Of a DNA stretch of 64,000 nucleotides, positions 53,399 to 64,000 are shown piece by piece; the first letter of the stretch is position 1; each line of letters begins with the position of its first letter. Source of the stretch: an uncultured Methanomicrobiales archaeon (GTDB lineage Archaea > Halobacteriota > Methanomicrobia > Methanomicrobiales > Methanospirillaceae); NCBI GenBank assembly GCA_963758915.1, contig CAVWXH010000008.1:1-64000 (forward strand). The letters are read 5' to 3'. The translations under genes were made by a program, and so were the position numbers. The notes beneath the pieces were generated by a model, which was given only the letters and a program-made list of their open reading frames with translations, was not told where the DNA came from and made no database searches.

Positions 53399-54344
53399 AT
53401 GAAACACATCGAAATAACCCTTCTTGTCACCAGTATTCTCGTACTAAGTGTACTTCTTGCAGGGTGTTCCATGGCGGGGTCCCCAAAGGAGGACTCGACG
53501 AAAATCAAAGTCCTGGTAACAGTGTTACCTGAAGCAGATTATGTACAGGCAGTCGGGGGAGACAGGGTTGAAGTCTTTGTCGCAGTGCCTCCAGGCGCTG
53601 ACCCGCACACCTTTGAGCCGTCAGTTAAAGATATGGTGAAATTTTCCGGGGCCGATATCTATGTCACCCTCGGAAAAGGACTCCTTCCGCTTGAGGACAA
53701 CCTGGTGTCCCGGTTATCTTCCATGAACCCACGCATGAAGGTAGTTGAAGCTGCACCCGGTATTGAGCTGCTTTTCCATGAAGATGGGCATGAGGGTGAG
53801 GATCATGAGGAAAACCAGGTTCCCGGTGCAGGGGCTGAGACACATTCCCACGAAGGGTCCGACCCGCATATCTGGGTCTCCCTGAAAAATGCACCCGTTA
53901 TAGTCAATCATATGTATGACGCACTGGCCGGTGTCGACCCGTCGAATGCACCATATTACCAGGCAAACCGCGATAAATTTCTTGCAAATATCACCATCAT
54001 GGATAATGAGATTATGGAAATGCTAAATAAAACACCGGGCAAAAAGTTCATTGCCTCCCATGCATCGTGGGGGTATTTTGCCCGTGATTATGGACTCACC
54101 CAGGTGGTAATCGGTCAGCCCGGGAAAGAAGCTACCGCGAAAGATATTGAGTCCCTTATCAGGGCTGCCCACGCAGAGGGAATTACTATTATTGTCGCAG
54201 AACCGGAATACAGCCGCAGAGCCTGCTGATATGATCGCAAACTCTGTCAACGGGACTGTTGTCATGGCAGACCCCCTTGCCCCGGGAATGCCTGGTGAAT
54301 TACAAAAACTGGCGAATGAACTATCAAGGGCGGGTCTCAATTGA
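53399..54344 (+). CDS. znuA: Zn/Mn ABC transporter substrate-binding lipoprotein, with one-base frameshift near 54222
   Basis: LAGC lipobox, DPHTFEP, His/Glu-rich loop, DPHIW and HASWGYF. C-terminus ADMIANSVNGTVVMADPL continues in another frame. Confidence 0.88.
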
Positions 54345-55111
54345 CAGATGCAATTGAACTCGACCATGTGTATGCTGAAATCGCAGGGCAGACCGTCCTT
54401 GAAGATATCAGCCTTGCAGTGAATACGAGGGAGTTTTATGCAATCATCGGCCCGAATGGTGGGGGTAAGACAACCCTGGTAAAGCTCATGCTTGGATTAA
54501 TCCAACCGAAAATGGGGACCATCAAGGTATTTGGCGGGATGCCACGGGAGAACCGGAGGATGCTCGGCTATGTCCCCCAGTTTCACACGTTTGATTTTCA
54601 TTATCCTGTCACCCTTGAAGAGATGGTGATCTCCGGGCGACTGGGAAATAAATCCCGGGTATTCACACGGTATACGAAAGAAGACCGTCGTATTACGGAA
54701 GAAGTCTTAATTACCCTGGGTATTTCCGACCTTTCAGGCAGGGCGATATCCGCGCTTTCCGGTGGTGAACGGCAGCGTGCAATTATCGCCCGTGCCCTGG
54801 TCAGTGAACCCCGTGCCCTCCTCCTCGATGAACCGACCGTGTATGTTGATGCACCTGCTGAACAGCAGTTTTACAACATTCTCAACTCGTTGAAAGAGAA
54901 AATGGCCGTTGTCCTTGTTACCCATGATATCGGGGTAGTCTCTGATTATGCAACGAAGGTGGCCTGCCTTAACCGGCGCCTGTATACTCATGACAGTGGC
55001 GAGATAACTGAGGAGATGCTGACCTCGGCGTACATGTGCCCGGTTGAACTGATAGCACACGGCGTCCCTCACCGGGTACTCCGGAAACATTCGCAGGAGG
55101 GGCCACCATGA
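54341..55111 (+). CDS. znuC: Zn/Mn ABC transporter ATPase
   Basis: GPNGGGKTT, GYVPQ, LSGGERQR, LDEPT and VTHD motifs. Confidence 0.92.
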   Translation: MTDAIELDHVYAEIAGQTVLEDISLAVNTREFYAIIGPNGGGKTTLVKLMLGLIQPKMGTIKVFGGMPRENRRMLGYVPQFHTFDFHYPVTLEEMVISGRLGNKSRVFTRYTKEDRRITEEVLITLGISDLSGRAISALSGGERQRAIIARALVSEPRALLLDEPTVYVDAPAEQQFYNILNSLKEKMAVVLVTHDIGVVSDYATKVACLNRRLYTHDSGEITEEMLTSAYMCPVELIAHGVPHRVLRKHSQEGPP

Positions 55112-55941
55112 TCTCCGTAATGGCGTTCGAATTTTTCCAAAATGCCCTTCTGGCAGGATTTCTTGCAAGTATTACCTGCGGCATCATCGGTACGTATGTC
55201 GTGGTAAAGAAGCTGGTCGCATTATCAGGCGGGGTCTCCCATGCAGCATTCGGGGGTATCGGCCTCGGTTACTATGCCGGTTTTGACCCGGTCATCGGGG
55301 CTATCGGATTTTCTCTTGCGAGTGCCCTTGGCATGGGAATGGTATCCCTCCATGCAAAACAACATCTAGACACCCTAATCGGTGCAATATGGGCTATTGG
55401 GATGGCGATTGGTATCCTGTTTATCTCGCTTACACCCGGTTATGCACCTGACCTTTTCAGCTTCCTGTTCGGTAATATCCTGCTCGTACCGGCAGGGGAC
55501 CTTGTGATTATGGCAATCCTTGCGGTCATGATCGTGGTTGTAGTAATCGCCTGTTACCAGAGCTTTCTCGCTGTTACGTTCGATGAAGAGTATGCAATGG
55601 TCCTCGATATCCCCGTGGAAATTGTTACTCTTCTTCTGCTGTCCCTTGTTGCACTCACGGTGGTCATGCTTATCAGGATCGTAGGAATTATCCTGGTAAT
55701 CGCATTACTCACGTTGCCCGCGGCTATCAGCAGGGAATATTGTTCCCACCTGAAGAATATGATGGTACTCTCGGTGTTTATCGGTATTCTTGTCACTACC
55801 GGGGGGATCTTCCTCTCCTATTTCCTTGATGTTCCATCGGGTGCGACAATTATCCTGATTGCCGCGGGACTGTATGGGCTCGTGCTGATAGAACGGGGAT
55901 TGCAGAGCAATAAACGAAGAGTTAATCCGGGAAATACCTGA
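55108..55941 (+). CDS. znuB: Zn/Mn ABC transporter permease
   Basis: SHAAFGG, FLFGNIL, TFDEEYA and DVPSGATI motifs. Confidence 0.92.
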   Translation: MISVMAFEFFQNALLAGFLASITCGIIGTYVVVKKLVALSGGVSHAAFGGIGLGYYAGFDPVIGAIGFSLASALGMGMVSLHAKQHLDTLIGAIWAIGMAIGILFISLTPGYAPDLFSFLFGNILLVPAGDLVIMAILAVMIVVVVIACYQSFLAVTFDEEYAMVLDIPVEIVTLLLLSLVALTVVMLIRIVGIILVIALLTLPAAISREYCSHLKNMMVLSVFIGILVTTGGIFLSYFLDVPSGATIILIAAGLYGLVLIERGLQSNKRRVNPGNT

Positions 55942-55946
55942 ACAAG

Positions 55947-56184
55947 GGCTTTGTTGAAACCCTTCGGTGCCATAAATAATAAGAAGGAAATACGAAGACA
56001 TGAGGGGGTTTCACCCCCTCCCAGCCCCACACCATTAAGATATTCTTCGGGCAGGGTTTTTCGAAGGCTCATTAAATTCAGAGTATTTTGAGGATAGTCT
56101 CGATCCCAGCCGGGGTCGCCAAGAAGCGGGGCATGAGCCCCGGGAGCGTGACGAATTTTGGAATTACCAATCTGCAAGATAGAT
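55947..56184 (+). mobile_element. MITE-like repeat copy 6 (right TIR lost)
   Basis: Intact left TIR 5 bp after the znuB stop and well-conserved core. Similarity ends after CTGCAAGATAGAT. Confidence 0.87.
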
Positions 56185-56241
56185 ATCGTCGGTTATAAGA
56201 GGGGTGGTCAATACGTGAGGGCTATAGAGAATGTTGCTGTA

Positions 56242-57840
56242 TCATGGAGCACCTGCACCGGGGTGTTGAGCGGATAAAACTATTTTATGGTCTAGTTTCA
56301 GGCCGAATGTGCGCTCGAAATTTTTAGCCTCGTTATCTACCCCCCAGGACTCAAACTGGCAGTCTTCACGGGCAACAACTTCAAGTTCAGCCGTTTTATC
56401 GATAATCCTGGTAAAGGACACCCGTTCGATCAGAGCAGCATGCCGCCGGTCCAGGCTCTCTGAAAGGCGAAGGAATGTTGAAAGAATGGTGACCTGTTCT
56501 TTCCCGTGTTCATCAAGTTCAGGCATCTCGATTTCTTTTTTTCGTGGCAGTTTCTTGCGGTGGTACCGGGCTATGTTCGCCATTATCAGGATCTCATCGG
56601 GCTCAAACCCGAGCAGGTCACTGTTCCTTATAATGTAGTAGGAGTGTGCGTGGTGGTTGTTAAACGAAATCAGCGACCCAATATCATGTAAAAAGGACGC
56701 ATATTCCAGAAGTTCCCTCTCACGTGAACCCAGTGAATGAAGCCCCACTGTTTTGCCACTGTCAAACAGTTCAAGTGCGATGGTTGAAACCGTCCTTGCG
56801 TGGAACTCGTTGATCCCAAACGCCCTTCCCGTAAGGAGCACGCTTTTCTCCCGGACAGTAAGGTGGCCTATAAGAGGGAACTCCTCCATTTTCGAAAGGT
56901 AATCCGCAAGGAGACCATCCTGGAGCCCTCTCTGCGTCATTTCAAGCGCCTGGATGTTCAGTTCTTTCATAAGCGTGTCAATGATGGCAGTCCCGGCAAT
57001 AATGATATCAGCCCTTTCAGGATTGATCCCGGGTATTTTACGGCGCTCCGCAAGAGACAACGAACAAATAACAGGGACTGTCTTTTTTAGGTCTGATACA
57101 GAAAGGACTGACCGTTTCGGTTCACCTGCGTGGAACAACCGTGCCGCAATATCGCAAAGGTTGATGATAGTCCCGGAACTTCCGACAACTATGTCAACGG
57201 GATGACGCCCTGCCTGGCGTATCACTGCACGGGCCTCATTCCGGACATAGTCGGCGATCTCTTCATACCGGGATTCACTTACCGGCTCCACCACTCCGTC
57301 GGGGAAGAACATATTCGTCAGCCTGATAGTGCCGAGGTGCATGCTTGACAGGTAACTGCACGCACCATTCCTCCCAATTGCTACCTCGGTACTACCCCCA
57401 CCGATATCAATGACCATGACCTGTTCGTCTTCCAGCTGCATCGCAGTAGTGACACCCATGAAAATCAGGCGTGCCTCTTCCCGGCCTGAAATTACCTGTA
57501 CATCAAGGTGTGCCTCTTTCCTGAGCCTGGACAGGAATTCGTACCTGTTCTGGGCTTCCCGCGTTGCGGAAGTGGCAACTGCTACAAATTCTTCAGCACA
57601 AAAAGAGTGGGCAAGTTCGACAAACTTCCCTGCGACCATGACCGCCCTGTCCATGGCCTCCGTGGTTATGAACCCGGTTTCAAATTCTCCTTCACCCAGC
57701 CGTACTGCTTCCTTTTTGCTCGAAAGGACGATATACGAGCAGTCAGGGTTCAGCCTGACAACAAACAGCCGGATAGAATTAGTACCGATGTCAATGAACG
57801 CAACGACCCGCGATACCTGTGGAGTCTTTGTTCCTGTCAT
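56242..57840 (-). CDS. ppx: Exopolyphosphatase Ppx/GppA with HD domain
   Basis: IDIGTNSIR, ATSATREA, ISGREEARL, DIGGGSTE, RADII and LHDIG motifs. Confidence 0.95.
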   Translation of the reverse strand: MTGTKTPQVSRVVAFIDIGTNSIRLFVVRLNPDCSYIVLSSKKEAVRLGEGEFETGFITTEAMDRAVMVAGKFVELAHSFCAEEFVAVATSATREAQNRYEFLSRLRKEAHLDVQVISGREEARLIFMGVTTAMQLEDEQVMVIDIGGGSTEVAIGRNGACSYLSSMHLGTIRLTNMFFPDGVVEPVSESRYEEIADYVRNEARAVIRQAGRHPVDIVVGSSGTIINLCDIAARLFHAGEPKRSVLSVSDLKKTVPVICSLSLAERRKIPGINPERADIIIAGTAIIDTLMKELNIQALEMTQRGLQDGLLADYLSKMEEFPLIGHLTVREKSVLLTGRAFGINEFHARTVSTIALELFDSGKTVGLHSLGSRERELLEYASFLHDIGSLISFNNHHAHSYYIIRNSDLLGFEPDEILIMANIARYHRKKLPRKKEIEMPELDEHGKEQVTILSTFLRLSESLDRRHAALIERVSFTRIIDKTAELEVVAREDCQFESWGVDNEAKNFERTFGLKLDHKIVLSAQHPGAGAP

Positions 57841-58122
57841 AATGCATCAATCTATTGCAAATTCCTGAGGGTCTCGAATAATTCTGTATTACCCGGCGGG
57901 ATGATCTTTTCAGTCAACATCTATCGCAGGATACTATCACTTGTCTCTTTGATTATCACCCTTGTAAATTTACCTTTAAAAATTTCAGGGGATTCGATAG
58001 TATGAGGGATCACTTCTGCCAATCCCTCCTTAATCCAGCTGTTTACACAATTAGCATTGCGGGGATAATAATATGAAGCCCGCCGGGCCCGTGATGTGTT
58101 TTAGGGAATATGACGGCCTGTA

Positions 58123-59232
58123 TCAGGTAAGAGGGCATTGTTTTTCAATCCTGCACTGCATGCACAATCCAATGGTACCGGCGACTACCAGGCATAATGA
58201 CGCAGTAATAAGAAATGCCGTTAAGAACCCAAAATATTCTGCAATATAGGTGACAAAAAACGGAATTATTGTCATCCCAAGATAACTAGACGTATTAAAC
58301 AGTCCCATGAAGGTACCCTGTTCTTTTCCGGCATCTGCAAGGAAGGCGAGCTGGGCGATCATGATGATACCTGCAAATGCCCCGATGACAATAAAAGCCC
58401 AGGAAGTGACGTAACTGGCTATCACCGCTACAGAAGAGAAAATGGCAGTTATCCGGATTGTCGGGATCGGGGCAAATTTCACATGGGATACTAAAAGGAT
58501 CGCAATCGCGGTTGCACCATTCATCGCGGCAATCTGGAGGCCGATAGTCTCCGGGCTGTTACCACTGAACTGCGGATACAACGCAGTCACGGCACCGGTA
58601 ATCCCAATCAGGACAACCGCAGAAAACCACATCCAGAAGTACTTTTTCAGGTTACCTGCCAGGTTTTTTAACACGGGAAATCCCGGGGAAGAAGGAAGGA
58701 TCGCCCTCCGGCCGTCAAATGATTCGAGGATACTTAGTATAAATGGAATTATCGACACCAGGAGAAAAATCATTATCCCGGCAGAACGGAAGCCAAAGGC
58801 CTTACTGGCCAGGCCTGATAGTATAAGGCCTGCGATAAGCCCGATATTTAACAGGGCCATGAAAAGTCCGATCGAACGCGTATGATCCTGACGTGAATTA
58901 ATATACGACATCGCGGAAGCAATAAAAAGACCTGCACCGACACCCTCTGTCAGCCTAGCAACGATGGTCATATACACCGATGAGTCCATAAGAAGCAGAA
59001 CACCTGAAACGATTGTCAGCAGGAGCCCGGCCCTGATAAAATATGTATGTCCCCACCGGTCCGATAATATCCCGACCGGGAGTGTCAGAAGAAATGCACC
59101 GAGAAAATAAGCGGAAAATATCTGGCCCTGTAACGCGGTCCCGGAGGCGTACGAGGCAAGGTCCGGGACGATGGCATTTGAGAGTGCCATGACTGAGAAA
59201 ATACCCAGGTATAACGTAATCAGGGCTTTCAT
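58123..59232 (-). CDS. MFS transporter
   Basis: About 12 TM helices with motif A GILSDRWG and ARLTEGVG. Confidence 0.88.
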   Translation of the reverse strand: MKALITLYLGIFSVMALSNAIVPDLASYASGTALQGQIFSAYFLGAFLLTLPVGILSDRWGHTYFIRAGLLLTIVSGVLLLMDSSVYMTIVARLTEGVGAGLFIASAMSYINSRQDHTRSIGLFMALLNIGLIAGLILSGLASKAFGFRSAGIMIFLLVSIIPFILSILESFDGRRAILPSSPGFPVLKNLAGNLKKYFWMWFSAVVLIGITGAVTALYPQFSGNSPETIGLQIAAMNGATAIAILLVSHVKFAPIPTIRITAIFSSVAVIASYVTSWAFIVIGAFAGIIMIAQLAFLADAGKEQGTFMGLFNTSSYLGMTIIPFFVTYIAEYFGFLTAFLITASLCLVVAGTIGLCMQCRIEKQCPLT

Positions 59233-59246
59233 GTGAAAAAGGGTTG

Positions 59247-61136
59247 TTAGATCATCCGGTATGTTTCAAGGTTCATAGGGGAATGGGTCTGGATATGGTA
59301 CCGCTTATAGAGCGAGCTGGCAAGGTCTATGGTATTGTTCTCATCGCCGTGAATGGTAAAAATCTTTTCAGGTCTCGGTTGAACCTGGCCCACATAATTC
59401 ATCAGCTGCCTCCTGTCCGAATGCCCGGAGAACCCATCGACGGTGACGATCTCGAGGTTGATTATGATGGTCCTGCCCCGTCCAAGCGGCACTTCTCGCC
59501 AGCCTTTCTGTATACGCCTCCCCAGCGTCCCGTCTGCCTGGTACCCGACAAAGACGAGAGCGTTCCGCTCATCTGCTGCAAGGTTGCTCAGGTACTCCAT
59601 TACAGGGCCGCCGTTCATCATCCCGCTTGTTGTGATGATTACACAAGGGTCGCCGTTGATGACACGCTCGCGGAGGTCTGATGAGTCCACCGCAACAAAG
59701 CATTCTGAAAGGAACGGGTTCATTCCTTCCTTGAAGATAAGGTTCCGGAGGTCACTGTTTAAGTATTCGGGATAGGTGGTGTGTATTGCCGTCGCTTCCT
59801 TGATCATACCGTCAAGGTAAATCTTGACATTCGGGATTTTCTCTTTCCTGATCCCCTCTTCGAGAGCGAGCATTACTTCCTGCGAACGCCCTACAGCAAA
59901 TGCCGGAATGATGACTTTTCCACCCCGTGACAGGACAACATTGATCGTCTCGTAGAGCTTCTCCTCGGCATCTGACCGTGCCGGTTGCATATTATCTGAG
60001 CCACCATACGTACTTTCCATGAAGAGTGCCTCAAGGCGGGGGAAATTTGCTGTTGCGGGGTTGAAGAGACGACTTTTACTGTAGTTGAAGTCCCCGGTGA
60101 ATGCGATATTGTAGAGGCCGTCGCCGATATGGAAATGGGCGATGGCAGAACCGAGAATATGGCCGGCGTTATGGAATGTCAGTTTAATATCGGGTGCGAT
60201 ATCAGTCACGTTCCCATAATTAAGAGTAATAGAGTGCTTGATATATGTCTTGACTTCGTTTGAGGAGTATGGAATCTTCCGGTCTTCCTTATGGATGACG
60301 TCAAGATAGTCCAGCTGGAGCATCGCAGAAAGGTCACGGGTCGGTGGTGTGCTGTAGACAGGCCCGTCATACCCGTATTTATACAGGAGTGGGACAAGGG
60401 CACAATGATCGAGGTGCGCATGGGTCAGAACTACCGCATCGAGCTGCGAGAGCGGGTGTATCTCCGGGACATAGAGGTATGGCGTACTGTTATTACTGTC
60501 AGGCTTCTCCCCGCAGTCGATTAATATCCTGCTTTCTGGAGTCGTAAGCAAAAATGCTGCCCTTCCGACTTCCCTGCAGCAGCCGAGCATCGTGACCCTC
60601 GCCCATTGGTCCTTGCTTGTAATATCACGGTGAATACGGCGTCCGATTGTGCGTAAGAATATTTTCCGGTCTTCGTTAACTGACCTGAGGTACTGGCGTA
60701 CCTGTTTTACCGTAGAGCTCTCGATCGGGGGTGTCCTGACGACTTTAGGTGTCCAGCCAATATGTTTTGTTATCTCACGGAGCGTTGCCCCGTTTTTCCC
60801 GATAACTACCCCTGGTTTTTCAGCCTCGATTATTACTTCCCCGGTGTCTGCATCAAAAAAGATATCCGTGATCCCTGCATTTTCGGCTACAACTGCCTTG
60901 ATCTCACCAATTGCCCTGTCAGGGTCTTCCAGCACGTTCGGGCGGACCACGATACGCTTACGCAGGTCCCTGGCCAGTAGTTTGATAAGATCCGCCTCAT
61001 CGGCAAATTTTTTCGGGTCGTCGGTATAGATAACCAGTTCCGGCCCTTCAAATTCCACGTCTGATACAGTGATGCCTGCAGGCACCTTTTCATTAATCTT
61101 ATCCTTAAGTTCTTTCAATCTATCTTCAATTAGCAT
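59247..61136 (-). CDS. fttA: aCPSF1 / transcription termination factor FttA (beta-CASP ribonuclease)
   Basis: KH domains ([10 protein letters not shown]), [20 protein letters not shown] and FSGHSD motifs. Confidence 0.96.
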   Translation of the reverse strand: MLIEDRLKELKDKINEKVPAGITVSDVEFEGPELVIYTDDPKKFADEADLIKLLARDLRKRIVVRPNVLEDPDRAIGEIKAVVAENAGITDIFFDADTGEVIIEAEKPGVVIGKNGATLREITKHIGWTPKVVRTPPIESSTVKQVRQYLRSVNEDRKIFLRTIGRRIHRDITSKDQWARVTMLGCCREVGRAAFLLTTPESRILIDCGEKPDSNNSTPYLYVPEIHPLSQLDAVVLTHAHLDHCALVPLLYKYGYDGPVYSTPPTRDLSAMLQLDYLDVIHKEDRKIPYSSNEVKTYIKHSITLNYGNVTDIAPDIKLTFHNAGHILGSAIAHFHIGDGLYNIAFTGDFNYSKSRLFNPATANFPRLEALFMESTYGGSDNMQPARSDAEEKLYETINVVLSRGGKVIIPAFAVGRSQEVMLALEEGIRKEKIPNVKIYLDGMIKEATAIHTTYPEYLNSDLRNLIFKEGMNPFLSECFVAVDSSDLRERVINGDPCVIITTSGMMNGGPVMEYLSNLAADERNALVFVGYQADGTLGRRIQKGWREVPLGRGRTIIINLEIVTVDGFSGHSDRRQLMNYVGQVQPRPEKIFTIHGDENNTIDLASSLYKRYHIQTHSPMNLETYRMI

Positions 61137-61160
61137 TTAATCCGTCCTAAAAAAAAGAAA

Positions 61161-61802
61161 TTATGCAGCGATTGCTGAAAGTGCCTTTTGGATCTGCTCA
61201 TCGGCAAGCTCCATGTAACTCTCCCTGGTGATAACCACAACGTGGATACCTTCACCAGACCCTGCATCACGTCTCATTGCAGCTTTAATTGCCCTAATCG
61301 CGAGTTCAACTGCATCATCTTCGTTCATGTCTTTTTTAAACCGGTCTTCAAGTACCCCGTAGGCGCCGGGAGACCCTGAACCGGTGGCGACAATCTCTTC
61401 TTCCTTTGTCGCACCGCCCATTGCATCAACCGAATATATCGTAGGGCCTGATTCATCAACGCCACCGACGAGGAGCTGGACATAATACGGGAAGTAACGG
61501 TTTGCATTCAGTAAATTTGAGAGGAGCGTTGAGGCTGCCCCAACGGCAATCGGTCGCCCGCGCCGGATCTGGTACAGGCTGCTTTCGACTGTCATTACCC
61601 GGGCAAGCTGTTGTGCGTCCCCGACACCGCCTGCAGTTGTCATTCCTATACGGTCAGAAATCTGGTAGACTTTCTTTGCCTTCTTACTGGCTATGAAATA
61701 TCCCATTGTTGCCCTTTTCTCTGTGGCAAGGACGACTCCATCAGAAAACACCAGACCAACCGTGGTCGTCCCTTTGAGAGGTTCCTGGTAAGGTTCATTC
61801 AT
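61161..61802 (-). CDS. psmB: Proteasome beta subunit
   Basis: Short propeptide then G-TTTVG, GSGS and RRDAGSG motifs. Adjacent to aCPSF1. Confidence 0.96.
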   Translation of the reverse strand: MNEPYQEPLKGTTTVGLVFSDGVVLATEKRATMGYFIASKKAKKVYQISDRIGMTTAGGVGDAQQLARVMTVESSLYQIRRGRPIAVGAASTLLSNLLNANRYFPYYVQLLVGGVDESGPTIYSVDAMGGATKEEEIVATGSGSPGAYGVLEDRFKKDMNEDDAVELAIRAIKAAMRRDAGSGEGIHVVVITRESYMELADEQIQKALSAIAA

Positions 61803-61887
61803 ATGAAACACCCTAAAATATTGTAACGCTGGAAAAATTACTAAAAGCGCTTGAGTTATATGATGACATCAATAAATTTAAAGGTTT

Positions 61888-62736
61888 TTATTGAATGGCC
61901 GGGTTGCAGAGCACCCTGATAAGGTCGCGGTCAAAAAGCATCGCTACAAGTTTCTTATCACCATTGATCACGGGTAACTGGTCTACGCGGGCACGTTTCA
62001 TCTTAAGTGCACAGTCGCTGACTTCTGAATTAACCGGGACTGCTACGACATTTTTAACCATCGCTGTCTTTACCGGTCTCGGGGGCAGCTGGACCTTTGA
62101 AATACCGTAACTGATGGTATGCATATCACGGATACTTTCCCATGTCCACTCATCATCATCAGTACCGTTTGAGAAATCGCTAATCTCTACGGAGTCCTCA
62201 ATCGTCGAATGCCTGATAAGGTCACGTTCGGATATGATCCCCTGGAGTTTACTCTCCGCATCAAGGATCGGTATTGCCTCGAACCCGGAGATCTCCATAA
62301 CACGTCCGACAACCGGCAACGGTGTCTCTTCCCATAACGCGAAGGTCTGGCTGGTATAGGCGTCCTTGATCTCATCTTTGATCCGTAATGTGGCAATGGC
62401 GTGGACCAGGTCGGCAATACTGATCAGGCCAAGAAGCGTTTCATCTTCTATTACCGGCAGCCTGCGGACATTATGGTTCACGAGGAGTTTTGCCGCCTCG
62501 CTCAACGGGGCATCCGGGCTGATCACTACAGGTTCCGCAGTCATCAGGAGACCGAGCTGGGTCTCTTCTGATTTCCGGAGGAGGTCTTTCCTGGTGATGA
62601 TACCTACCAGTCTACCTCCTTTTAGTACCGGAACACCACTTATACCCGTCCTCTTCAGAATTTTAAGTACATCGTCCCGGTTTCCAGGGATTTCTACACT
62701 GACCACATCCGCGGTCATGAAGTCCTTAACCAGCAT
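61888..62736 (-). CDS. CBS domain protein (four CBS)
   Basis: Repeated PV...L.GII..RDL CBS units. Confidence 0.92.
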   Translation of the reverse strand: MLVKDFMTADVVSVEIPGNRDDVLKILKRTGISGVPVLKGGRLVGIITRKDLLRKSEETQLGLLMTAEPVVISPDAPLSEAAKLLVNHNVRRLPVIEDETLLGLISIADLVHAIATLRIKDEIKDAYTSQTFALWEETPLPVVGRVMEISGFEAIPILDAESKLQGIISERDLIRHSTIEDSVEISDFSNGTDDDEWTWESIRDMHTISYGISKVQLPPRPVKTAMVKNVVAVPVNSEVSDCALKMKRARVDQLPVINGDKKLVAMLFDRDLIRVLCNPAIQ

Positions 62737-62741
62737 ATCGG

Positions 62742-63171
62742 TTATGATCTCACCACCAGGACTGCCACGGGGCAGTTTGAGACTACAAATGAGCTTACAC
62801 TTCCAAGAAGGAGGCGGTCCACATTACTTTTTCCATGTGAACCTACTATCACAATGTCAGCGCCGATATCTTCTGCCGCTTTCACGATTTCACTGCCTGC
62901 ATGGCCTTGTTTAAGGTGGGGGGTGATCAGCACTCCTTTTACATCAGCCTGCTTTTTTGCCTCTGCTATTGCTTTACCCCCTTCTTTTTCAAGCATCGAC
63001 AGCATGATTTCCCAGGTGTTGTCCATCGGCAGGGATGAAAAGAGCCCGGTCTCAACGACATAAACGACATGAAGGGCTGCTTTCCATACTCTTGCTTCGT
63101 CTATTGCGGTCTTGGAGTGCCTGTCCACTCATTCCCGATCCGTCGATTGCGACGAGTATTTTACCGAACAT
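62742..63171 (-). CDS. Universal stress protein, with one-base frameshift near 63114
   Basis: MFGKILVAIDGS from 63171 joins the frame carrying GSHGKSNVDRLLLGSVS...PVAVLVV. Confidence 0.85.
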
Positions 63172-63203
63172 CAGTTACCCCACAAAATAGTCTTCTTTAT
63201 GAG

Positions 63204-64000
63204 TTAGCTCTCTAAAATAAAAACCTTCTTGATTATGCTGGCTGAAGAGCCCCGTTTTACGATTGTTGCAAGGTGGTCGAGACTGAAGCGCATATTGGAC
63301 TGTCCGGGACTCATTATAAAAAATCTTGCAGGCACCCCCTTCCTGATGAAAAAAGAGGTCTTTGTGAGGTGTGATCCATCAATTGCAGCTTTGATCAGCA
63401 GGGGCGGGGGCACCCGGTACACGTAGTGGGTAAATGCCATCTCCGCAAACATGTCCGGCTGGACAAACATCACGTTGTCAGTCCCGAGGAATACGCGGCA
63501 ACCGAGGTCGATCATGTCATGAACGGGTGGTTCTGATGAGGACCCGGTAACCCCGAGGGCCCAGTTCGAGCGGGGGCAGACTGCAATAGGAATATTTTCA
63601 TCAGCGCATTGCCTGAGCTGCAGCCGGGTTGCATGAGTACAGTGGATGAGAAGGTCCGGGCAAAATGAAAGAGCTGCGTCAACATCATCCGGGTCTCTTT
63701 CACCAGCATGAAAAGCGATTAATTTTCCATTGTCCCGGGCTTCCTTCACCAGTCTCTCGAGGCCGGGTACATCCCGGGAACTACTGATACCCAGACCTTC
63801 TGCGACCTGTTCGCCCCCGTCGCGGCCGAAAATAACGAGCCCGGGAAGTAACGACCCGGCCGCCTCATTCAGTGCCCTGACCCCGCTCAGACCACCTTCC
63901 CTGAAATCGGCACACCCTGCTGTACCGCTCTGTACCATTGTCCGGATACTGGAACGCATCCCGGAAACCATGTCATCCTGCGAAGCTGCCGCAAGAAGAC
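63204..64000 (-). CDS. Amidohydrolase family protein, 5'-truncated by window edge
   Basis: DFREGG, FHAGE, LIHCTH, VCPRSN and LGTDN motifs. Confidence 0.88.
   Translation of the reverse strand, partial: LLAAASQDDMVSGMRSSIRTMVQSGTAGCADFREGGLSGVRALNEAAGSLLPGLVIFGRDGGEQVAEGLGISSSRDVPGLERLVKEARDNGKLIAFHAGERDPDDVDAALSFCPDLLIHCTHATRLQLRQCADENIPIAVCPRSNWALGVTGSSSEPPVHDMIDLGCRVFLGTDNVMFVQPDMFAEMAFTHYVYRVPPPLLIKAAIDGSHLTKTSFFIRKGVPARFFIMSPGQSNMRFSLDHLATIVKRGSSASIIKKVFILES

Noticed and set aside
54215-54230. Programmed frameshift in znuA (and in the USP gene near 63114)
   Set aside because: Each is a single extra base with no slippery heptamer or stimulatory structure, most likely an assembly indel.

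Overview
Archaeal chromosomal window from a hydrogenotrophic methanogen, most likely Methanomicrobiales (Methanolinea/Methanoregula-like). This is inferred from fae-hps, archaeosortase A, aCPSF1-psmB, Hef, an intron-containing tRNA-Trp, and bacterial-type gyrBA and ruvCAB. Most of the window is housekeeping: TFS, truD, pth2, NikR with a Ni-ECF transporter, gyrBA, hef, glyS, nucleoside salvage, two DUF47-PiT pairs, ppk1/ppx, a Zn/Mn ABC transporter and three tRNAs. Four things stand out. (1) Six copies of a ~260-bp non-coding element with IS903-like terminal inverted repeats (GGCTTTGTTGAAA), one with an 8-bp target duplication. It has conserved internal hairpins and in five cases sits in sense orientation 5-42 bp after a stop codon. 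(2) The first 6 kb is a frameshift-rich cell-surface/RiPP locus: SynChlorMet-type ScmC, an S26 peptidase, an AglB, an unannotated Cys-x3-Gly-repeat precursor-like peptide, and a probable Methanospirillum-type sheath protein gene with a compositionally distinct central segment. (3) An intact tRNA-Ala(GGC) is nested between the two halves of a decayed tRNA-Ala(GGC). (4) Candidate operators are readable for NikR, a DtxR-family regulator and ppk1. All homology calls are from motif recognition, not database searches.
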